Source: a virus
Taxonomy: Duplodnaviria > Caudoviricetes
IMG/VR virus record: IMGVR_UViG_2816332589_000001
Span: 64,001-128,000 of that record
Length of the DNA stretch: 64,000 nt
Direction: 5' to 3' (one strand)
Every line of letters begins with the position of its first letter. The stretch's first letter is position 1. A program made the position numbers and the translations under genes. A model generated the notes under the pieces. It did no database searches. It saw nothing but the letters and a program-made list of their open reading frames with translations, and was not told the DNA's origin. Shown here one piece after another: positions 56,851 to 64,000 of the stretch.

Positions 56851-57204
56851 GTGCACGAGATCGAAGAGCCGGAGCAGGTACCGCCGTGGCGTGAGGAGGA
56901 CGGCCCGCGGCCGCGCGTCTGGCGCTGGCCCGCAGGCGACACCCCGGCCCTGTACGTCAGTGTCCGTATCCGCGGCCGCGAGAAAATCTTGTATGCCCCC
57001 GTCAGGGCCCGCCTGGACCACCCCGACGGCACTGTCGCCTACCACGTTGACATCAACCTCGGGGACGGCACGGTGCACCGCGCCTACCGGTGGCCGCAGC
57101 CGGGCCTGCACATCGCCCACCGCAGCCGCTCCGCGCCTGCCGACCGCGAGCCGACCCCGAAGGTCGGCCGGAGCTCCGGCCGCATCGACGCGGCCGACGC
57201 GTAG
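56851..57204 (+). CDS. hypothetical protein
   Basis: 117-aa ORF co-oriented with neighbours. Confidence 0.6.
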   Translation: MHEIEEPEQVPPWREEDGPRPRVWRWPAGDTPALYVSVRIRGREKILYAPVRARLDHPDGTVAYHVDINLGDGTVHRAYRWPQPGLHIAHRSRSAPADREPTPKVGRSSGRIDAADA

Positions 57205-57232
57205 TCCGCACCTGGGGGTGCCCCCGGTAGTT

Positions 57233-57901
57233 ATGCAGGACATGGAACCCAACACGGTTTTCGAAGCGATCACTGGTGTCCCGGCTCCCCGCGACGAGGC
57301 CGCGGTCGCCGAGCCAATGAACCTGGAGAATGCGGGAGCCGCCTGCGACTTCTGCCCTAACGGCCCGCTCGTCGGCCTTGAGTCGCCGCCGGTGGTGTGG
57401 GCTTTCCCGGCCGGCCAGGCCGAGGACTCCCGCGAACTCGTCCCCGGCTCCGGCATCAAGATCGGCCTGCCCATCGCCGCGATGCTCTGGAAGGCGTGCG
57501 AGCGCTGCCGCCGCCACATCAAGGCGAACCGGTGGGCCGACCTGGCCCGCGACTGCGGCCTCCCCGAGGGCGGTTTCGGTGCCTGGCAGGGCTTCCGGGT
57601 CGCCCGCCGGCCCGGCCCCGGCTACGCCTGGCCGCTGGTGCCGCACAAGCTGCCCACCGTGCACAAACACGTCCGCGACGCCTGGGAGAAGGGCAAGCGC
57701 GCCTTCGCCGACCACGTCCGCGAGCGCCTGGAGCGCGCCGTGCTGCTCGTGGAACTCGACGGCCACCTGTACGTGCGCTGCGGTCAGGACGGCGACGACG
57801 CATGGCTGGTCGAGAACGTCGGCGCGGAGATTGTGGCCCCGTTCAGCTTCCACCTGGAGGGCCGCAGCGTCCGTCTCACCCTGCTCCCTGCCCATCCGTA
57901 G
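57233..57901 (+). CDS. hypothetical protein with CxxC pairs
   Basis: CDFC..WKACERC. Confidence 0.65.
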   Translation: MQDMEPNTVFEAITGVPAPRDEAAVAEPMNLENAGAACDFCPNGPLVGLESPPVVWAFPAGQAEDSRELVPGSGIKIGLPIAAMLWKACERCRRHIKANRWADLARDCGLPEGGFGAWQGFRVARRPGPGYAWPLVPHKLPTVHKHVRDAWEKGKRAFADHVRERLERAVLLVELDGHLYVRCGQDGDDAWLVENVGAEIVAPFSFHLEGRSVRLTLLPAHP

Positions 57902-57917
57902 CCGCTCACCCGTCTGA

Positions 57918-57969
57918 GCGGCGGGCACCGAACGGCCCGGTACCGACGGGGGATGCGGTACCGGGCCTG
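57918..57969 (+). repeat. 52-bp direct repeat copy 1 containing a 12-bp inverted repeat
   Basis: GCGGCGGGCACCGAACGGCCCGGTACCGACGGGGGATGCGGTACCGGGCCTG. Confidence 0.9.
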
Positions 57970-58036
57970 CCCGACAGCCTAGCCGTGCCAGACTGGCGGC
58001 ACTCAACTTCCAGACGGCAAAGGGGCGGGGCGGGCA

Positions 58037-58552
58037 GTGAGCGACGGGCCTACGGTGTACGAGCTGATGGACGGCACGGACGAGGAGAAGAACCTCGCCG
58101 ATGACTTCGCCACGATGTTGGATGTGCTCTCCCGATTCCTGGGTGCCGTCGAGGACGGGAACTGGGCGTACGCCGACGACAAGGCATGGCAGGTCCGGAC
58201 CTGCCTTGAGGCGTTCCAGCGCCGCCTGACGAAACCCGTCCTGAACGCTGTGGGCGACGTGGAACGGGACGAAGACGGTCGGGCCGTACGGCGCTTCGCG
58301 CCGCCCAACGCCGATCCCGCGCGGCTCCACCAGCTCATCACCGCCTTTGCCCAAGACCACTCGGCCGGGCGCCTGCTGTTCCCGCTCGACCGGCTGGAGA
58401 ACGAGCAGGCGAAGGCGAAGATCGTGGAGAAGGCGGAGTGGCTCGCCGAGCTGCATAAGAAGCTCGACGCCGGCGACGAGGCCGCCGCCTCCGCGATGAC
58501 CGGCACGAAGGTGCAGATCGTCTACGGGATGACCCGCGATGGCGGTCGCTAA
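58037..58552 (+). CDS. hypothetical protein
   Basis: 171-aa ORF between the direct repeats. Confidence 0.65.
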   Translation: MSDGPTVYELMDGTDEEKNLADDFATMLDVLSRFLGAVEDGNWAYADDKAWQVRTCLEAFQRRLTKPVLNAVGDVERDEDGRAVRRFAPPNADPARLHQLITAFAQDHSAGRLLFPLDRLENEQAKAKIVEKAEWLAELHKKLDAGDEAAASAMTGTKVQIVYGMTRDGGR

Positions 58553-58724
58553 CCGCGCCAAGCGCCTGCACGCCTTGGCCCGCAAGCTCGATGACCGCTT
58601 CGACCTGCCGCGCGGCACGGTCCGGGCCGAACTGGACGAGTACCAGCGTCCGGCGCAGTGGTATCTGCGGTGGGCACCGAACGGCCCGGTACCGACGGGG
58701 GATGCGGTACCGGGCCTGTACTGA
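58539..58724 (+). CDS. small hypothetical protein (ends in repeat copy 2)
   Basis: 61-aa ORF overlapping the upstream stop. Confidence 0.45.
   Translation: MAVANRAKRLHALARKLDDRFDLPRGTVRAELDEYQRPAQWYLRWAPNGPVPTGDAVPGLY
58667..58718 (+). repeat. 52-bp direct repeat copy 2
   Basis: One mismatch versus 57918-57969. Confidence 0.9.
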
Positions 58725-58741
58725 CTGTACTCGGTGATCGA

Positions 58742-60124
58742 CTACATGAAGTCATCCCGTTCCAGAACGGGTTGGGCCGACTGCGACATCAGGTAGTAGT
58801 AGACGGCTTCGATCGTGTCCGCCGGGTGCCGCCCCACCTTCGTGGACGGCTGGAACGGCTTGTCCGCGACCTTGCTCCACCCGCCTTGCTCATCGGCGAC
58901 CTTCGAGAACTCGCAGGCCAGGGTCTCGGCGACCTCCACGTACCGCTTCGGGTTCTGCGTCCACGCGCGCAGCACCGAGATGACGGAGGTGACGCACTCC
59001 TCGCTGTACCGCTTCGGCTTGTCGTCCAGATCGCCGCCGATCGTCCACGCGAGCCGGTAGAGCGCCTCCGACTCCCAGGAGCCCTCACGGCCCGCGACCA
59101 GCGAACCGCCCTCGTAGCCGCGTGGCGACGAACTGCGCTTGTACTCGACGGCCAGGCGGAACAGGGCGACGAGCACCGAGCCGGCCGCCTTCACCCCGGC
59201 GTCGGCGAGTGCCCCGCGCAGCACCAGGTCGTCGCTCGGGTCGCTCGGCCCGACCGGGCGCAGCGGCCCGTGCTGCGCCTCCAGTTCCTCCAGCGTCAGC
59301 GGTTCCTCGGGGCGGCCCGGCCGCAGCCCGGCCCAGTCGATCGCGTACCGGACGGGCTCTTCCGCGGAGGCGATGTGCCAGCCGCGGTTGAGGCGGTCCA
59401 CGAACCGGTACGTGGGGCGCTCCTCGGGCTGCGGCTCCGTGTCCACCGCGCTGTTCTCCTCTGCGTTCTCGTCGGCGGGCACCAGGGAGGGGTGCACGTC
59501 CGTGGTGACGAAAGCGGCCTCCAGACCGCCGGCCTTCTCCTGGATGTCGTCCGCCTTGTCCGGGCCCATCGGCAGCGCCTCGGGCTCGGCGGCCACGCCG
59601 GGGAACTCGCGGGCCAGCTCGGCGGTGACGGCGGTGAGCGCGTCCTGCACCAGCTTGGAGAGTTCAGCACGGTCGAAGTCGCCGTCCGCGGTCCTCAACG
59701 GTCGCCCGGCGGCCACCGTCACGAGCAAGGTCAGCAGGTCGTGCTCCTGCCGGTGAGGGTCGGGCATCCGCGTGGGCAGGGGCCACACGTACGCCAGGGC
59801 CCGGTACCAGCCCTCCCCCTGCCTGACGAGGTAGGCGCACGCGTCGGCCACGGTCTGCGCCACGTGCTCTTCGTCGGTGTCGCGGGCCACTGTCGCGGTG
59901 AGCATCACGGGGATGGCGAAGGGCTCCCGGCCTTCACTGGCGTACGCGTACGGGGACTTGGGCACTCCGGCCGGCGGCGCTCCGGCGGAACCGTCGGCGG
60001 CGCGGATGCGGTCGTTCTCCCGCATCACCGCGGTGTACTGCGCGCCCGTCGTCCTGCTGCGCTCGCGCAGCTCCCGAGACCGCTTCCTCGGCTTCCTGGG
60101 CTTGCCCGGCTTGTTCCTCGCCAT
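58742..60124 (-). CDS. hypothetical protein with Arg/Lys-rich N-terminus
   Basis: 460-aa ORF, GGAG RBS. Confidence 0.75.
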   Translation of the reverse strand: MARNKPGKPRKPRKRSRELRERSRTTGAQYTAVMRENDRIRAADGSAGAPPAGVPKSPYAYASEGREPFAIPVMLTATVARDTDEEHVAQTVADACAYLVRQGEGWYRALAYVWPLPTRMPDPHRQEHDLLTLLVTVAAGRPLRTADGDFDRAELSKLVQDALTAVTAELAREFPGVAAEPEALPMGPDKADDIQEKAGGLEAAFVTTDVHPSLVPADENAEENSAVDTEPQPEERPTYRFVDRLNRGWHIASAEEPVRYAIDWAGLRPGRPEEPLTLEELEAQHGPLRPVGPSDPSDDLVLRGALADAGVKAAGSVLVALFRLAVEYKRSSSPRGYEGGSLVAGREGSWESEALYRLAWTIGGDLDDKPKRYSEECVTSVISVLRAWTQNPKRYVEVAETLACEFSKVADEQGGWSKVADKPFQPSTKVGRHPADTIEAVYYYLMSQSAQPVLERDDFM

Positions 60125-60298
60125 GTCTCACTCCATGCAGCAGCGCGCCCCGCGCGCACGCCGCCTTGAAGCGGACGTACGGAACACGGCACGATGCGTC
60201 GGAGGACGGCTTGGCCTCTGGCGAAGGCCCAGCGCGGGTGACCCTTCATCAGCGGTGGACGGTCGTGCCCGCCCACCCGCAGCCTACCGGGCGCGGCG

Positions 60299-60457
60299 TC
60301 AGTCTTCGACGGGTTCCCAGCGATACACCGCGACGCCGGTCTCACCCGCGTCGCGTACGTACCGGCCGTTGCCCAGCGGTGTCCGCATCGCGATCTCGTC
60401 AATGAAGGCGTCCGGGTTGGTGTCGCCGTTGAACGGGCCGCCGATGTACTTCGTCAT
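60299..60457 (-). CDS. 52-aa hypothetical protein
   Basis: Manual translation MTKYIGGPFNGDTNPDAFIDEIAMRTPLGNGRYVRDAGETGVAVYRWEPVED; below the ORF-track cutoff. Confidence 0.5.
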   Translation of the reverse strand: MTKYIGGPFNGDTNPDAFIDEIAMRTPLGNGRYVRDAGETGVAVYRWEPVED

Positions 60458-60915
60458 GGGGCGAGCGTACGGCCGTCGTGCAGCAACGTCCGCCCAGGAG
60501 ACACGGCAAGGGGCAGACCCCGCCTGGCAACAGACGGCGCCAGGGCGCGCCGGATCGCCACACGCGCCCCACGGGCCTCAGTTTCGCCGTTTTTTGTCGT
60601 CTCGTGCCGACCAGAGCCGACTATCACCGACTCGTTGCCATCTCGTGCCTTCAGGTGTACTTGGCGTGTTCCCCGGTACAGGGGCATCTGCTCCGGTAAC
60701 GTTGCGGAGCAACGGGCCGTGCACCGGCCCAAGCCAGCCTCAGCCCATGACTGGGAGCGATCTGAGGCGAAGGTACGCGGGACCAACCAACTGGTCTGGG
60801 CGCATCAGTGCGAGCAACAGCCACATCCGCCTTCGGCGATCTCCGAACACCGCAGCCGTCTCGCGCGCGTGTATCGGGTCATGGGTAACCGCTGCACGCC
60901 AGTGAGGACACTGCC

Positions 60916-61980
60916 ATGGTCAAGAACCAGCGTAAGAAGGGCCGGGACAAGAGGCGCGCCGAGCGCACCGGCGCCTCCCGCGCGTCCGCCGCGACCGGCA
61001 ACGTGCACTCGCACACCCCCCTGCCGGACATGACGCTCCTCGCGGACCTGCCGTACGGCGCCGGCCGGGAGCTGGACACCGATCTCGCCGCCCGGCTGGT
61101 CGCCGCCTGCCGCACCGCGTGCAAGCCGTGCCAGGCCAGCCTCGCGCTCAAGCTGCGCACCGAGCAGCGGCCCACCGTGGCGGCGCTGGCGGGCGCTGTC
61201 TACGGGGAACTTGCCGGCCGGGTCGGCATGACGTTCGCTTCGTCCGCTACCCGTACCTGGGCGCCACTGGCCCAGGCCGCGACATCCAGCGGTGACGGGA
61301 GTCAGGCCCTGGCCGCTGTCGAGGCGATGGACGACGCGACTGTCTCCGCCCTCCTGGAGGACGCCCTCGACCACTGGGCCATGGGTACCCCGCTGCCGTC
61401 CGACCTATTCGACCGGCAGCCGGGCCCGGCGCAGCCGACCGAGGCACCGCCGCGGCAGCGGCCGGCCGACCCCCTGGACGCCTTCCGCAAGGCCGGGGTC
61501 CAGGTCTTCACCCTGGACGACCTGGACCTGGGCGAGGACATCGACCACTACCACCTGTCCCCGAACTACGGGGTGTTCCTCGGGCAGACGGCCACGCCCG
61601 ACGGGCAGCAGATGCCGATGCTGACGCTGTACCCGGAGACCGAGGACGCCGGGATCGAGGACCTGGAGCGGCGTACCGACTGGGAGCACTGGGGCCTGTA
61701 TGGGATGCCGGAGATGGACCCGAGCTGGCGGCTGCGCGCGAACATCGCCGACCGCAGCCTCACCGGCCTGGTGCACGTCGGCCCGGACGGCGAGGACGAC
61801 ATCGAGCTGTGGCGCGCCGCCGAGAAGGTGACGCTGCCGGCCGAGTGGTGGGCGCTGCTCGACCGCGTCCAGCACGTCCTGGTCGTCGGGCCGGTGAAGA
61901 CGGCCGAGCACCAAGCCATCGTGGCCGCGGGCGACGCGGGCGAACTGCTGGCCGTGGTCGCCCGGGTGGCGTTCCAGTGA
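60916..61980 (+). CDS. hypothetical protein with Arg/Lys-rich N-terminus
   Basis: 354-aa ORF, GAGGA RBS; CRTACKPC. Confidence 0.75.
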   Translation: MVKNQRKKGRDKRRAERTGASRASAATGNVHSHTPLPDMTLLADLPYGAGRELDTDLAARLVAACRTACKPCQASLALKLRTEQRPTVAALAGAVYGELAGRVGMTFASSATRTWAPLAQAATSSGDGSQALAAVEAMDDATVSALLEDALDHWAMGTPLPSDLFDRQPGPAQPTEAPPRQRPADPLDAFRKAGVQVFTLDDLDLGEDIDHYHLSPNYGVFLGQTATPDGQQMPMLTLYPETEDAGIEDLERRTDWEHWGLYGMPEMDPSWRLRANIADRSLTGLVHVGPDGEDDIELWRAAEKVTLPAEWWALLDRVQHVLVVGPVKTAEHQAIVAAGDAGELLAVVARVAFQ

Positions 61981-62165
61981 CGGGCCGGGCCCGCCGCTAC
62001 CTGCCGGGGATCGCGGACATCCGGATCTGCGCCGACGAGGAGACCACCGAACGCGTCCTGGAGGCGCTGGAGTCCGTCTTCCGGTGCACCGATCCGCGCC
62101 CGTACGACGGCGGCCGGACCTACCTCCAGGTGGACACCGGCTGCACCGACCCCGACACGGACTGA
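61977..62165 (+). CDS. small hypothetical protein
   Basis: GTGA overlap with the upstream gene. Confidence 0.5.
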   Translation: MTGRARRYLPGIADIRICADEETTERVLEALESVFRCTDPRPYDGGRTYLQVDTGCTDPDTD

Positions 62166-62376
62166 CCGCCTCATTCCCGGAGGTGCTGCGCACGCTCACC
62201 GAGCGGGAGCAGCGCCAGGCCAAGGCCCTGGCCCGCACCCGGGCCGCTAAGCGCACGGCCGAACAGAACCTCGCCCGGGCCCGCGCCCGGCTCGCCGCCG
62301 AGGTCAACGCCGTCGCCTGGCTCGGCACCCAGAAGAACCACCGCGCGACCACGTTCACCGAGAAGGAGACCTGCCC

Positions 62377-63072
62377 GTGAAGGACACGCACGAGAGCGCC
62401 GCCGAGGAGAACACCACCGACCTGATGGCGGGCAAGCGCATCACCCTGGACGAGATGGCCGTCGAACTGGCCGGGATCGAGCTGCGGCTGCGCCAGCTCG
62501 CGCGGGCCGCCGAGGTGCCAGCCACCCCGGTGGAGCTGGCGGATGACATCGAGAATCTGCGCCGCACCGCGACGACCGTACGGGAGATGAGCAAGCGGAT
62601 GGGCTTCCTCGCCCGGATCGTGGAGGGCGACGTGCCGCTCGCGGCCGTTTTCTCCGGCACGAACGCCCCGTGGGGCGCAGCCGCGCGCGGCACCGACCGT
62701 ACGGACTACGGCGGCCCGGCGATCGTGCCCACCGAGTGGCAGCTGATCCGCCTGGCCCAGGACGGCAAGCGCGCGACGGCCGCCGGTCGGGAGACGACCA
62801 CCTACCCCGCGGCGATGGACGGGGTCGGCATCGGCTGGGAGTCGAAGACGGCGCAGGCCCGCAGGCGCCGCGAACGGGATGCGGCGGTCGCCGTCGAAGT
62901 GCTGCGCAGCACCTGCGAGCGGTGCAGCGCCGGGGAGGGCGAGCACTGCCGCACCAAGAACGGCAGGGTCTCCGAACAGCCGCACACCGGCCGCCTGCGA
63001 GAGGCCGAGGCCACCGTCGATGCCCGACTCGGCTACCTCGGGGACAACCCCGTCGCCGTACCGGACGTGTGA
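62377..63072 (+). CDS. protein with C-terminal CxxC-x7-C..H zinc finger
   Basis: CERCSAGEGEHCRTKNGRVSEQPH; AAGGAG RBS. Confidence 0.7.
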   Translation: MKDTHESAAEENTTDLMAGKRITLDEMAVELAGIELRLRQLARAAEVPATPVELADDIENLRRTATTVREMSKRMGFLARIVEGDVPLAAVFSGTNAPWGAAARGTDRTDYGGPAIVPTEWQLIRLAQDGKRATAAGRETTTYPAAMDGVGIGWESKTAQARRRRERDAAVAVEVLRSTCERCSAGEGEHCRTKNGRVSEQPHTGRLREAEATVDARLGYLGDNPVAVPDV

Positions 63073-63135
63073 CCGCTGCGGCGGGCGGAGAGTGACGGTC
63101 TCCGCCCGCCCGGCTCCGCCGGGCCCAACGAGCCC

Positions 63136-63609
63136 CTACTGCAAAGGATGCGCCTCAATCCACTTCGTGAGGGCCTGGCCCTCCATCCAGATCAGCGGCC
63201 GGGCGTCCAACCACCCCTGAGTGTCGTCCTTCCCCAGCGCGGTGCCGGCGTACTTCTCCAACCGGTCGATGATCACGTACGCGTCCGTGTAGAACCCCTT
63301 CGGCGCCGCGGCATCGGTGTTCATCGCCTTGCGGATCTTCCGTACGTCCCCCACGTAGTCCTGCACGCGGATCGCGCAGCCCTCTTCGTCTGCCTCGACG
63401 CGGCTGCCGTTCAGGCACCCGATGTCGTGGCTCGCCCACCACTCCATCGTGTCGTCCCACTGGGTCTTCACCGGCTTCACGGCCTTCTGCGGCGCGGGCG
63501 CCTTATTCGGCTTCGCATCCGCGGCCCCGCCACACCCCGTCACCGACACGGCCACGAGCAACGCGCCCGCGACCCCCCTACCCCATCCCTTGATCATGGC
63601 GGAGATCAT
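63136..63609 (-). CDS. putative lipoprotein
   Basis: LLVAVSVTGC lipobox. Confidence 0.7.
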   Translation of the reverse strand: MISAMIKGWGRGVAGALLVAVSVTGCGGAADAKPNKAPAPQKAVKPVKTQWDDTMEWWASHDIGCLNGSRVEADEEGCAIRVQDYVGDVRKIRKAMNTDAAAPKGFYTDAYVIIDRLEKYAGTALGKDDTQGWLDARPLIWMEGQALTKWIEAHPLQ

Positions 63610-63636
63610 GCCACGCGGATCAACGCTCTGGCGGGC

Positions 63637-63978
63637 CTACAGGCCAGGTACGGCACCGAGAAACATCGCCGCGGCGGTGGCTGGCAACTCCTCAAGCTCA
63701 GCCATGGCCTCGGCCAGTTCCCTTTGGGCTCGGTTCAGGTGGCCGGGGATCTCCGCGACCGCGCGCTCATCCTCGGGAGAGAACACTGACGAACAGGCGA
63801 GTAGCGCAAGCAAGGCGCTCGCCGTACGGGCGGCGGCTGCGATCACCGGTCCGCAATCGTTCTTGTCCAACTCCTTGAGCAACTGCCAGACGTGCCCGGC
63901 CTGCCAGTGCAACGCACCCATGACCCCCAAGGCGTCAGCACCCAACGCTTTGAGCACCTGCTGGCGGGCCAGGGACAT
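63637..63978 (-). CDS. hypothetical protein
   Basis: AAGGAG RBS, 113 aa. Confidence 0.55.
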   Translation of the reverse strand: MSLARQQVLKALGADALGVMGALHWQAGHVWQLLKELDKNDCGPVIAAAARTASALLALLACSSVFSPEDERAVAEIPGHLNRAQRELAEAMAELEELPATAAAMFLGAVPGL

Positions 63979-64000
63979 CTCCTTGCCGCCCGCCCCCCGG

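Noticed and set aside
290-62985. Many long overlapping ORFs (e.g. 290-1966+, 7057-8649-, 19530-21497-, 27867-30266+, 39472-41583-, 53476-55611-)
   Set aside because: Antisense or frame shadows of real genes, expected at high GC; low-complexity R/G/P/A translations with no motifs or RBS
1-64000. tRNA/rRNA genes, cas genes, reverse transcriptase, capsid/portal/tail genes
   Set aside because: No recognisable motifs found by eye; a divergent member cannot be excluded without searches

Overview
High-GC actinomycete (Streptomyces-like) mobile DNA with no housekeeping genes. It looks like part of a large phage-plasmid or prophage-like element. It carries a phage-type replication/recombination operon (ERF, DnaC-like loader, HTH initiator, WhiB, SpdB-like), a ParB/TerS/endolysin/SSB block, a BldN-like ECF sigma operon, a second plasmid-type Rep candidate and an XRE/HExxH/MAB_1171c/amidase cargo cassette. 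It also has a degenerate type I-E CRISPR mini-array, a serine recombinase fused to a HicA-like domain, about 24 kb of small hypothetical genes transcribed divergently from about 35.9 kb, a large terminase and a catalytically degenerate tyrosine-recombinase-like gene. The most striking unexplained signal is a non-coding element found 8 times just after a shared -10 promoter motif. It is a hairpin with a covarying stem and a near-invariant ACGAGCGA loop, followed by an ACGCTCC box complementary to that loop. This suggests a 5'-leader RNA pseudoknot heading most of the element's long operons. All assignments come from reading motifs by eye; no searches were run.
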